A stretch of 64,000 bases of DNA from Christensenella sp. (lineage in GTDB: Bacteria > Bacillota > Clostridia > Christensenellales > CAG-917), in the NCBI GenBank assembly GCA_022009775.1, contig CP091723.1:223382-287381 (forward strand), given 5' to 3'. The number at the start of each line of letters is the position of its first letter. Positions within the stretch are counted from its first letter, which is position 1. Below the pieces are notes generated by a model, which had not been told where the DNA came from, made no database searches, and worked only from the letters and a program-made list of their open reading frames with translations. Positions 47,328 through 57,434 of this stretch are shown here, one piece after another. The position numbers and the translations under genes were made by a program.

Positions 47328-47717
47328 ATGGAAAAAACGAAAAACATAAAAGCAGACGTCGTAGACGTGCTAAAAACCGTGCTGTTTTCAACCTTAATAT
47401 CTCTCGGTCTCGTGCTGATATTCGCAATAATCGTGCGCTTTGCGTCCGTGCCGAACAAGATCATTCTCCCCGTAAACATTGCAATCAAAATTCTGTCCGT
47501 GTTCGTCGGCGTTCTGATAAGTTTCAAAAACGCGCAAAACGGACTTCTCAAAGGCGCGATTTCGGGGCTGTTGTACATGCTATTCACGTTTCTTATCTTC
47601 TCCGCTCTTACGGGCTTCAAAGACGTGAAATTCAGTTGGATAGACCTTGTCACCTTGCCGATTGCAGGGGCGATTTCGGGAATACTGGCTGTAAACGTCA
47701 AAGCACGCAAAAACTGA
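47328..47717 (+). CDS. Small 4-TM membrane protein (YrzE/TIGR04086-like)
   Basis: Four predicted TMs and a GLLKGAISGLLY motif. Function unknown. Confidence 0.55.
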   Translation: MEKTKNIKADVVDVLKTVLFSTLISLGLVLIFAIIVRFASVPNKIILPVNIAIKILSVFVGVLISFKNAQNGLLKGAISGLLYMLFTFLIFSALTGFKDVKFSWIDLVTLPIAGAISGILAVNVKARKN

Positions 47718-47727
47718 GTATAAGAAT

Positions 47728-47757
47728 AATCGCGGCATTTTGCGCGCGATTTTCTTT
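47728..47757 (+). terminator. Hairpin terminator after the 47328-47717 CDS
   Basis: AATCGCG-gcattttgcg-CGCGATT followed by TTTCTTT. Confidence 0.5.
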
Positions 47758-47783
47758 CCCTACAACTGGTACTTGTCGAGTAT

Positions 47784-48185
47784 TTTAATGCAACATTACC
47801 CCTTCCCTTCGGGCTTTCCCCTATTGCAAAAATAATGACATTTCTCTATCAAAAAAACATCGTTTGCAAAAGGGTAACTCGGCACTCACATAGATATGTA
47901 TCGTTCACTCGTTATGCCACTGCGCTTTGTGCGCCAGGCAGTAGCCAACAATACGGCGCAGTCGCTTGTACTTCACACACAAGGGTTCCCGCGCGTCAAA
48001 AACAAGCGAACTTGTGTTTGAGTTATAAGATGAAAGAGCAGTTTTTTTGCGCGTGGGATAAAGGAACACCAAGACCAAAATGCAAACGGTTGTATCTTGT
48101 TGCAATCGTTGCAATAGGGCTTGTGTGTGACGTAAGTTCGGCGCTCAAAGGCTCGCCGCCTTGCAGCTCGAAATTCCGTCTCTAT
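47784..48185 (-). repeat. L-element copy 6 (subtype 2) with a ~150-nt expansion helix (core 47784-47971)
   Basis: Core blocks are conserved. After ..GCGCAGTCGCTTGTAC, a stem TCACACACAAG (47973-47983) / CTTGTGTGTGA (48121-48131) encloses extra sequence. The distal conserved part (..GCTCGCCGCCTTGCAGCTCG..CCGTCTC) then resumes. Confidence 0.8.
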
Positions 48186-48188
48186 AAC

Positions 48189-48227
48189 AAAACGTTCGGT
48201 TTGAAAACTCAAACCGAACGTTTTTTA
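48189..48227. terminator. Bidirectional intrinsic terminator (yajC on -, also competent on +)
   Basis: AACGTTCGGTTTGA-aaac-TCAAACCGAACGTT followed by T6 on the + strand. UUUUGUUAU follows it on the - strand. Confidence 0.85.
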
Positions 48228-48242
48228 TTGTTTGCGTGAAAA

Positions 48243-48734
48243 TTATTTGTCTTCTTCCACTTCACCGCTCACGGCTTTGTCGCAAGCGTCTTTGTCTTTG
48301 CACTCGTCGCAGTTGCTGTCGCAAGCGGGTGCTTCCGCTGCGGGAGCTTCTTCTTGAGCAGGTTCTGCTGCCGGTGCCGCCTCAACGGGTGCTGCGACTT
48401 TTTCAAGAACATAGCCGACTGCTTTCTTGTCGATGACAATGAGAGTGGGGTTTGCGTCCGTGCCGACGTTGATGATGAGAGTGTTGTCGGAGTTGACTTG
48501 CGTAATCTTGCCGACCATGCCGCCGACGGTCATAAGTTTCGTGCCGACGCAAAGGCTATTCATCATGTTTTGTTGTTCTTTTTGACGTTTCTTTTGGGGG
48601 ATGATCGTCAAGACAATCATGAGAACGAGCACAACGCCGATGACAACGTACATAACCCAGCTCGGAATTTTGGATTGAGTGGTCGTACCTGCACCTGCGC
48701 CGCTTTCTGCCAATATTTGAAGAATGTTGAACAT
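48243..48734 (-). CDS. yajC: Preprotein translocase subunit YajC with a ~50-aa Ala/Pro/Glu- and Cys-rich C-terminal tail
   Basis: TM followed by KKRQKEQQNMMNSLCVGTKLMTVGGMVGKI (YajC core). Tail ..APACDSNCDECKDKDACDK.. Confidence 0.8.
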   Translation of the reverse strand: MFNILQILAESGAGAGTTTQSKIPSWVMYVVIGVVLVLMIVLTIIPQKKRQKEQQNMMNSLCVGTKLMTVGGMVGKITQVNSDNTLIINVGTDANPTLIVIDKKAVGYVLEKVAAPVEAAPAAEPAQEEAPAAEAPACDSNCDECKDKDACDKAVSGEVEEDK

Positions 48735-48920
48735 AGTATCTCCTTGTTTCGCTATTTTGCGATTTTAGATTTATCTTGTTAAATCATACACGATGTCTAA
48801 AAGTTTTGCAACACATTTTAAGATTTTTGTCCGATTATTAAAGTGTTTTAATATAATAATCGGTGGCAAAAGAGCAAAACTTTTCCGTCTCCGCGCGATT
48901 TTTGTCTATATCAAATTCCA

Positions 48921-50033
<1,113 letters not shown>

Positions 50034-50113
50034 TTAATATCGGTTGTTTTTTATGTTTGTATTCTCGGTAGCAAAGGAATGTTGATATGTGGTTTGCGAC
50101 TTTTCAAGTGTGT

Positions 50114-51166
50114 TTAATTGAAAAAACATGCGTCGCCGAACGAGAAGAATCTGTATCTTTCCTTCACCGCTTCGTTGTATATTTCAAGCGTCTTTTCTCT
50201 GCCCACAAGCGCGGATACAAGCATAATCAACGTGCTTTCGGGCAAGTGGAAGTTGGTGATGAGTGCTTTGACGCACTTGAACTTGTAGCCGGGATATATG
50301 AAGATGCTCGTGTCGCCTTTCTGCGCACGGACGTATCCGTTTTCGTCTGCCACCGTTTCCAACGTACGCACGCTTGTCGTTCCCACGCAAATAACTCTGC
50401 GCCCTTCCCTTGTGGCTTTGTTTATCTTTTCGGCGTTTTCTTCGTCGATTTCGTAATACTCGGTGTGCATCTCGTGGTCGAGAATATTCTCTTCCTTTAC
50501 GGGACGGAACGTGCCGAGTCCTATATGCAAAAGCACCGTTGCAAACTCAACTCCCATGTCTTTGAGTTTCTGAATAAGTTCGGGCGTGAAATGCAATCCC
50601 GCAGTCGGAGCGGCGGCAGAACCTTCGATTTTGCTATACACCGTCTGATAGCGTTCTTTATCCGCGAGTTTTTCCTTGATGTACGGCGGAAGCGGCATAT
50701 TGCCCACTCTGTCGAGAATGTCTTCGAATACGCCGTCGAATTTGAACTCAATCGTTCTTGCGCCGTAGTCGCCTATCTCGGTGACAACCGCAGAAAGTTC
50801 GTCACAGAAATGAATGACAGAACCGAGACGCGCCTTGCGTGCAGGCTTCATTATGGTCTCCCAATGCGTGTAGTCTTTGCGTTTCAAAAGCAAGACTTCG
50901 AGCACGCTTTCGTGATTTTCGATATGACCGAAAATACGCGCGGGAATAACTCTCGTGTTGTTGACAACGAGCAAGTCGCCCTTCTTCAAAAAGGACGGCA
51001 AATCGTAAAAATGTTTGTGTTGCACTGTATCGGTGGCACGATCGTAGACGAGAAGTCTCGAATGGTCGCGCGGATCGATAGGCGTTTGAGCAATCAACTC
51101 TTCGGGCAAATCGTAATAGAAATCGTGCGTCGTAAGAGTGGTTGCGTTTTTGTCGTTTTCTTGCAT
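50114..51166 (-). CDS. queA: S-adenosylmethionine:tRNA ribosyltransferase-isomerase
   Basis: FYYDLPEELIAQ..PRDHSRLLV, GTTSVRTLE. Confidence 0.95.
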   Translation of the reverse strand: MQENDKNATTLTTHDFYYDLPEELIAQTPIDPRDHSRLLVYDRATDTVQHKHFYDLPSFLKKGDLLVVNNTRVIPARIFGHIENHESVLEVLLLKRKDYTHWETIMKPARKARLGSVIHFCDELSAVVTEIGDYGARTIEFKFDGVFEDILDRVGNMPLPPYIKEKLADKERYQTVYSKIEGSAAAPTAGLHFTPELIQKLKDMGVEFATVLLHIGLGTFRPVKEENILDHEMHTEYYEIDEENAEKINKATREGRRVICVGTTSVRTLETVADENGYVRAQKGDTSIFIYPGYKFKCVKALITNFHLPESTLIMLVSALVGREKTLEIYNEAVKERYRFFSFGDACFFN

Positions 51167-51231
51167 AATCAGTGTTTTATCCGTTGATTTTCACCGTATG
51201 AACGGCGTTTTACGTTTTTGTTTCGTTTTCT

Positions 51232-52273
51232 TTATTCTTGTGTGTACGCACGTCCTAGATGGTCGTAAGCGTTCTTCGTGCAGACTCTTCCGCGCGGTGT
51301 GCGAGAAATAAATCCGAGTTGAATAAGGAAAGGCTCGACGACGTCTTCGATTGTTGACGCTTCTTCGCCTGTTGCCGCCGCAAGCGTATCGAGTCCGACA
51401 GGGCCACCGCCGAATTTGTCTATTATCGCTTCTATGACCGTGCGGTCGGTGACGTCGAGTCCCAGTTCGTCAACGTCCATAAGCGTGAGTGCCTTTTGAG
51501 TTATTGCGAGATTTATGCCGTCAAGTTTTTCATATTCGGCAAAGTCTCTGACGCGTCTGAGCAGTCTGTTTGCGATACGCGGAGTGCCGCGCGAACGTTT
51601 TGCGAGTTCGAGAGCCGCCTGCTCGTCGATGCCTATTCCAAGTATCTTTGCAGAACGTGCGATTATACGTTTCAACTGTTCGTCGGTGTACATTTCAAGT
51701 CTCAAAGACATGCCGAAACGGTCGCGCAACGGGCTTGACAACATACCTGCTCTCGTGGTTGCGCCTATAAGCGTAAAGTGTTTGAGCGGTATGCGAATGC
51801 TTCTTGCCATAGGTCCCGTGCCGTTGACAAGGTCGAGCGAAAAGTCTTCCATTGCAGGATACAGCACTTCTTCGATGTTGCGATTGAGTCTGTGAATTTC
51901 GTCAATGAAAAGCACATCGCCTTTTTCAAGGTTAGTAAGAATCGAAGCAAGATCTGCCGCTTTTTTCGATTGCAGGGCCGCTCGTCACTCTGATTTGCGC
52001 GCCGAGTTCACTTGCAATGACGTGTGCAAGCGTGGTTTTGCCAAGACCGGGCGGGCCGTAGAGCAACACGTGATCGAGCGCGTCGTTTCTCGCCTTTGCG
52101 GCGGATATGAAGACTTCGAGATTTTTCTTTATCTTCTCCTGACCGACGTATTCGTCCATACTGTGCGGACGAAGGCTGTTTTCTTGTTCGTCGTCTTCGA
52201 TTGTGAGCGAGCTCACCACCCTGTTTGCGACGTCAAAGTCCTGATTTTCTTTTGTGAATTGAGATTTGATCAT
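51232..52273 (-). CDS. ruvB: Holliday junction branch migration helicase RuvB (1-nt insertion in an A/T6 run near 51950)
   Basis: [14 protein letters not shown], and after frame correction ..[31 protein letters not shown]. Confidence 0.92.
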
Positions 52274-52329
52274 ATATCACCTTTTGGTGTTGATATTTTT
52301 GCCGAACGTTTGTTAGATGAGTTGCACTT

Positions 52330-52363
52330 CGTTTAGTCGTAAGTACGCTCCGAATAAGTTTTT
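52330..52363 (-). repeat. Isolated distal-end fragment of an L-element
   Basis: CGTTTAGTCGTAAGTACGCTCCGAATAAGTTTTT matches the distal end of copy 5 (..GTTAATAAGTACGCTCCGAATAAGTTTT). Confidence 0.6.
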
Positions 52364-52457
52364 GTTTCGGGCGCAAACAAAAAACTTTGTCATCCTGAGC
52401 GAAAAGGATCTCGTGGAAACGAAACTACCAACTTTTTGCGCCCGATAAGTTTTTTTG
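52354..52457. mobile_element. MITE-like 77-bp insertion (52368-52444) with 10-bp perfect terminal inverted repeats and flanking ~13-nt direct repeats
   Basis: TIRs CGGGCGCAAA / TTTGCGCCCG. Direct repeats ATAAGTTTTTGTT (52354-) and ATAAGTTTTTTTGTT (52445-). Confidence 0.45.
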
Positions 52458-52490
52458 TTCACGTCTCTACAAGGGGTGGGTGTTTTAGAC

Positions 52491-52745
52491 TTTAATGCAA
52501 CTTTCCCCTTTCCTCAGGTGTTTTCCCTATCATCGTTCCCCCTTGCAAGGGAACCCACGGTGACCGCGTGGCGGGGGACAACACTCGGTCGAGACATAAC
52601 TTGCGCCATTTCTCTTATTATGCCACTTCGCCTGCGTGGCAGCTACGCAACAAGATTCCACGCATTCTTGTACTTTTCGTCAAGTCCGACGCTCGATTTG
52701 CTCGCCGCCGTTGCGGCTCGTGTTCCGTCTTCGAAATTGCACATT
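52491..52745 (-). repeat. L-element copy 7 in the ruvA-ruvB intergenic spacer (core 52491-52673)
   Basis: Conserved blocks are present. Carries the compensatory TGCGTGG/CCACGCA helix variant. Confidence 0.9.
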
Positions 52746-52751
52746 ATAGCG

Positions 52752-53336
52752 TCATTTGCTCAAATTCTGAAGACATCTGCGAATGATCTCTTCTGTGCCG
52801 TGGCACACTTTGCTTGCTTCCGTTGCCATACGCACCGCGTCCGTCTTGGACAAGCCGAGACTTTCGAGTGCGAACACGGCGTCGGCAATGTCTTCGCCCG
52901 TGATTGCGTCTTGGTGGTCATTGAAGAGAGTGATGTCATCCGCAACCTGTTCGCGAAGGCTGAGTATGATAAGTTCCGCCGTCTTTTTGCCGAGTCCTTT
53001 TATCTTGCAAAGCGTCTTTGAATCTCCGCTTGCGATGGCGACGGTGAGCGTTTTAAGATCGTATCCGCCGAGAATCTGCATTGCGAGCTTCGGGCCGATG
53101 CCGCTTATGTCAATTAGGCGCATGAAAAGTTTTTTCTCTTCAAGACGTGAAAAGCCGTAAAGGGACATCTCGTCTTCTCTCACGTAAAGATAGGTGTAAA
53201 TCTTGACGATTTCTCCCATATCGACGTCCATAAGCGTGTTGCCGCTCACGCCGATTTCATAACCTATGCCGTTGTTGTCAACGACAATTGCGGTGAGTGT
53301 CTTGTCTACGATTTTGCCTTGAATGTAGTTGTACAT
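52752..53336 (-). CDS. ruvA: Holliday junction DNA helicase RuvA
   Basis: MYNYIQGKIV.., HhH motifs ISGIGPKLA and IKGLGKKTAE. Confidence 0.95.
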   Translation of the reverse strand: MYNYIQGKIVDKTLTAIVVDNNGIGYEIGVSGNTLMDVDMGEIVKIYTYLYVREDEMSLYGFSRLEEKKLFMRLIDISGIGPKLAMQILGGYDLKTLTVAIASGDSKTLCKIKGLGKKTAELIILSLREQVADDITLFNDHQDAITGEDIADAVFALESLGLSKTDAVRMATEASKVCHGTEEIIRRCLQNLSK

Positions 53337-53375
53337 GTCTGCTCCTGAATTGGTTTTATCTTGCTATATTTGTCT

Positions 53376-53873
53376 TTACAGAACGCGGAAATTGTTGAGC
53401 ATACGGCTGGTGCATGCGTGGCATATCGCAACCGCAAGCGCGTCTGCGGCATCGTCGGGGCGCGGAACGCTCTTTAAGCGCAGCAAAGCCTGAACCATGT
53501 GTTGCATCTGGATTTTGTCCGCTCCTCCGTAGCCCGTCACCGCCTGTTTTATCTGATTCGGCGTGTACTCGTACACTTCCGAGCCTAGTTTCTTCACTGC
53601 AGTGAGCAATATGACTCCCCGTGCCTCGGCAACGGGTATGCCGGTGGTGACGTTCTTTGTAAAGAACAACTCTTCGATTGAGATATTGTCGGGCTTATAC
53701 GTGTCGATAAGTTCCACAACGCCGTCTTCGAGTTGCATCAATCTTTCGGGCAAAGTGCATTCTTTGGGCGTGGTGACCACTCCGTAGTCAATCACGGAGT
53801 AGTTCCCTTTCACGGAGTTTATAACGCCGTAACCCATAGTCGCAAGACCTGGGTCAATGCCGAGAATTATCAT
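53376..53873 (-). CDS. ruvC: Crossover junction endodeoxyribonuclease RuvC
   Basis: MIILGIDPGLATMGYG.. 165 aa. Confidence 0.95.
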   Translation of the reverse strand: MIILGIDPGLATMGYGVINSVKGNYSVIDYGVVTTPKECTLPERLMQLEDGVVELIDTYKPDNISIEELFFTKNVTTGIPVAEARGVILLTAVKKLGSEVYEYTPNQIKQAVTGYGGADKIQMQHMVQALLRLKSVPRPDDAADALAVAICHACTSRMLNNFRVL

Positions 53874-54922
53874 AAATTGCCCTTCACTATGCTGTTTTCG
53901 TTTGTATCGTCAAAAAGCCTTGTCGCGTTTGCCAAAGGCAAAGTGCCGACTTCGTTTGATTTTTCTCTGCTCTTCACTCGCGAATCGCCGCATACGAGAA
54001 TGTATCCGTCTTGGCGTTTCAGTGCGTAATCGACTGCGATTTTTCTCTCGCCGTCAACGTCGTAGCAATCGCTTCTCCACCCTGCAAGAACGGTTTTGCC
54101 GATATACTCGGGCGCGACTTTGCCGCAAAGATGCGAAACGTCTATCTTGTAGCCGTCGCACGTTTTGCAAACGAGCGCACCGTTTTTTACGTCAAGCGTC
54201 GCTTTTTCAAAGTGATAATCTTCGTCAAAAGCCTGCGCCGCCCATACGTTTGACGGATTTTGCATTACGTCTTCGTAAGTGCCTATTTGCTTGACTTCGC
54301 GGTAGTGCAAAACGACTATTCTGTCTGCAATCGACAACGCCTCGTCTTTATCTCTCGTGGCAAAAATCACGCTCTTGCCTTCTCTTGCTTTTTCAACGAG
54401 AACGGGTGCGACTTCGCTCCAAAGCGTTGCGGCTTCTTCCTTGTCGAGACCGCGCGTTATATCGTCGACGAGTACGGCTTTGCAATCTCTCAAAAACAGT
54501 CTCGCAAGCGCAAGACGTTTTCTGTCTATAAGCGACGCTTTGCCTGCTCGTTCGTACAAAATTGCGGTTATTCCCGCTCTTTTTGCACATTCCTTGACTT
54601 TTACGTCTATTGCGGCTTTGTCAAGTCCGCGTATTTTCAAAGGATACGCAAGGTTGTAATAACACGAACGGTTATCGAAAATAGCAAGGTCGTCAAAGAC
54701 CATAATCACGTCGTCGGGCTTTTTTGCAATCGGCGAGCCGTCGATAAGCACCTGCCCTTCACAATCCGTCACGCCGGCAACGACTTTGAGCAAAGTGGTT
54801 TTGCCGCTCTGCTCATCGCCCAACACCGACACTATCTCGCCGTCTTTTACTTCGAGATCAACGCCGAAAAGCACTCTTGCGCCGTATAGATATTGTTTCG
54901 ATACGCCGTCGAGTTTTATCAT
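53870..54922 (-). CDS. ABC-transporter ATPase-like protein with divergent motifs (MalK/MsmX-like architecture, C-terminal OB/TOBE-like part)
   Basis: Walker A reads GDEQSGKTT. There is no clear LSGGQ signature. Walker B reads VLVDDITRGLD. 4-nt overlap with ruvC. Confidence 0.55.
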   Translation of the reverse strand: MIKLDGVSKQYLYGARVLFGVDLEVKDGEIVSVLGDEQSGKTTLLKVVAGVTDCEGQVLIDGSPIAKKPDDVIMVFDDLAIFDNRSCYYNLAYPLKIRGLDKAAIDVKVKECAKRAGITAILYERAGKASLIDRKRLALARLFLRDCKAVLVDDITRGLDKEEAATLWSEVAPVLVEKAREGKSVIFATRDKDEALSIADRIVVLHYREVKQIGTYEDVMQNPSNVWAAQAFDEDYHFEKATLDVKNGALVCKTCDGYKIDVSHLCGKVAPEYIGKTVLAGWRSDCYDVDGERKIAVDYALKRQDGYILVCGDSRVKSREKSNEVGTLPLANATRLFDDTNENSIVKGNL

Positions 54923-54924
54923 AA

Positions 54925-56322
54925 TCAGCCTATGATATATTTTGCGGATTTCTTGGGAGCGGCTTCGAGTTCCGCCTTCTTTTGCTCGTAACCCACTCTG
55001 TCAAACATTGCGTAAGTTGCGTTCTTTCCTTCTTCTACGCCCGGTTGATTGAACGTGTCGATGTTGAGCATCTTTCCGCAATATGCGGTTTCAAGTTGGA
55101 AGAACATGAGAAGTTGTCCGACGGTGTTTGCGTTGACTTCGTCAAGCACTATCGTGCGATTCATGTGTTTCGAGCGTGTAAGAGCGTATTCGGTCGCTTC
55201 TCTTTCGGTATTGATAAGTTCGCCCATAGTGTGTCCGCAAAGGAAGTTCACGTCGGGGAATTCTTCCGCACCGTTTGCAATCACGACGTCTCCGCGATAC
55301 TTCTTCACCGCAATGAACGTCACGACTTTGTCGAACGGACCTTCGGTGTAAAGTTGCACCTGGGAGTGTTGGTCGGTCACGCCGAGAGACTTGACGGGGG
55401 TTTGTCCTTTGTGAACGACGTTGCCGTCAAAATCGACCGCTTTGCCAAGGCTCTCGCCCCAAAGTTGGCAATACCAGTCAGCCATAAGTTTGAGACTGTC
55501 GGCATACGGCATCATAACGGATACGTTGATGCCCTTTTGCTCCATTGCGATATATTGCAAGGTTGCCGCCATAAGCGCGGGGTTCTTGTACGGGTCGGAA
55601 GAGTTGCACGCTTTGTCCATCTCTGCCGCGCCGCGCAAAAGTCCGATGATGTCGATTCCGAGCACCGCCGCCGGCAAAAGTCCGACAGGGCAAAGTTCGC
55701 TGAAACGACCGCCCACTCCGTCCGGAATATAATAGGTCTTGAAGCCTTCTTTCTTTGCGAGTTTGATAAGGTTGCCCTTGCTTTCGGACGTGGTTGCGAT
55801 GATGTGTTTCGCCCAGTCTTTTCCGCATCTCTTTTTGAGAATGTCGGTTATGATGAGATATTGGCTCATAGTCTCTGACGTCGCACCGCTCTTGGTGATG
55901 ACGTTGAACATGGTCTTTTCCACGTCGATGACGTCAAGAAGCGCAAGCATACGCTCGGGGTCGACGTTGTCTTCCACGAAAAATTTGACTCCGCGTTTCT
56001 TTTGATCGAGATCGTTGTATCTGAAATGGCAAAGCGCATTGAAAACAGCCATCGGACCGAGTGCGCTGCCGCCGATGCCGAGCACCACGAAATTGTCGTA
56101 ATGCGCTCTCACATCCGCCGCCGTGTAGATTATATCGCGCACGATTTCTTCTTGATTGTACGGAAGTTCCGCCCAACCCATCCAGCCTGTGCCGCGATTT
56201 TTCTCGAAATAAGCATAACTGTCCGCCGCCTTTTCGCTGACTGCCTGTATGTCCTTTTCGCTGATGCCTTTGTCGCCGATAGACGATTCCATCATATTGT
56301 TAAAGTCAAATTTGATTTGCAT
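54925..56322 (-). CDS. pgi: Glucose-6-phosphate isomerase
   Basis: 465 aa. ..VLGIGGSALGP.., ..TKSGATSET.. Confidence 0.92.
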   Translation of the reverse strand: MQIKFDFNNMMESSIGDKGISEKDIQAVSEKAADSYAYFEKNRGTGWMGWAELPYNQEEIVRDIIYTAADVRAHYDNFVVLGIGGSALGPMAVFNALCHFRYNDLDQKKRGVKFFVEDNVDPERMLALLDVIDVEKTMFNVITKSGATSETMSQYLIITDILKKRCGKDWAKHIIATTSESKGNLIKLAKKEGFKTYYIPDGVGGRFSELCPVGLLPAAVLGIDIIGLLRGAAEMDKACNSSDPYKNPALMAATLQYIAMEQKGINVSVMMPYADSLKLMADWYCQLWGESLGKAVDFDGNVVHKGQTPVKSLGVTDQHSQVQLYTEGPFDKVVTFIAVKKYRGDVVIANGAEEFPDVNFLCGHTMGELINTEREATEYALTRSKHMNRTIVLDEVNANTVGQLLMFFQLETAYCGKMLNIDTFNQPGVEEGKNATYAMFDRVGYEQKKAELEAAPKKSAKYIIG

Positions 56323-56327
56323 TTTAT

Positions 56328-57107
56328 TTATGCCTCCAAAATGTTTTTCAAGTATTCAACCGACTCTTTCACTTCGTCGTACGAGTCGTAATTTTTTGCG
56401 TATTGCTCAATCATCAGCGGACCGTCATAGCCGACATCTTTGAGCCTTGCCACAAGTTCTTTGAACGGGAAATCGCCTTTCCCGACCATCTTTATTTCGC
56501 CGTCCTTGACGTCGGACAAATGCACGTTTGAAAGGTGAGAACCCATCACGTTGATATATTCTCGCCAATCAAAGCCCGATTGCCACGCCTGTTTGATGTC
56601 AAGCACCGTGCCAACGTTCGGCGCGTAATCTCTTGCCTTGACGTAAAAATCGGGAGTGTTGAACACCGCCCAATGCACGTTTTCAAGGCACAGTTTCACA
56701 CCGTACTCGCTCGCGATTTCTTCGAGCATTTCAAGACGCTTCCCGACGAACACGGGGTCGAAGTACGCGTTGCGTTTGAGCCTGCCCTGTCCGTGAAAAG
56801 TGTACGCTTTCGCGCCTATCGTGTTTGCGACGGTCAGGACTTTGCGATACATATTTTCCGCGTCGTTATAAGTGCGCGGCGCAAGATTGAAAAGTTGCGG
56901 TTCGAACTCGGTGTTGAGCGCGTGAACGGAATATACGTCAAGGTCGCCTTTGCGCTCTTTGAGAAGGTCTCCGAACTCCTTTTCGTACTCGCAAAAAGTG
57001 GTGAGAAAAACTTCGCAAGTTTCTCCCCCACAACGTTGAATGACCGAGAACGCATTCTCGGTCAATTCTTTCAAAAAAAACGTGGCGGTTGATATCCCGA
57101 CTTTCAT
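56328..57107 (-). CDS. Sugar phosphate isomerase/epimerase (xylose isomerase-like TIM barrel)
   Basis: AP-endonuclease-2/TIM-barrel pattern (..LCLENVHW.., ..HLSDV..). Confidence 0.65.
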   Translation of the reverse strand: MKVGISTATFFLKELTENAFSVIQRCGGETCEVFLTTFCEYEKEFGDLLKERKGDLDVYSVHALNTEFEPQLFNLAPRTYNDAENMYRKVLTVANTIGAKAYTFHGQGRLKRNAYFDPVFVGKRLEMLEEIASEYGVKLCLENVHWAVFNTPDFYVKARDYAPNVGTVLDIKQAWQSGFDWREYINVMGSHLSNVHLSDVKDGEIKMVGKGDFPFKELVARLKDVGYDGPLMIEQYAKNYDSYDEVKESVEYLKNILEA

Positions 57108-57434
57108 TTATTCTTCGTCGTCGGGCGTGTCGGTGACTCCGCCCTTCTTATCCTTTTCCCAAATGTCTTTTTGCTTGCGCACCTGTCCCAAAAGTCTCGG
57201 AATGACTTCGTCGATATTGTCGAAGGGAGACTCTCCTTGCGCGCTTGCGCGGTAGGTTACGCCTTTTGCGGTGACGACCATGTCCGTCGTGTAATCGCCG
57301 TTTTCGTAGGTTACGGTGAATTTGACTTCCGCGTCGTCGTCAAAACGTCTGTCGAGTTTTGCGCATTTCTTTTCGGTGATCGCTTTGAGTGAATCACTTG
57401 GATTGTAGTTCTTGCCAAAAATTTCGATTCTCAT
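57108..57434 (-). CDS. hpf: Ribosome hibernation factor (short HPF/RaiA/YfiA type)
   Basis: 108 aa. MRIEIFGKNYNPSDSLKAITEKKCAKLDR.. is a typical sigma-54-modulation-protein fold sequence. Confidence 0.85.
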   Translation of the reverse strand: MRIEIFGKNYNPSDSLKAITEKKCAKLDRRFDDDAEVKFTVTYENGDYTTDMVVTAKGVTYRASAQGESPFDNIDEVIPRLLGQVRKQKDIWEKDKKGGVTDTPDDEE

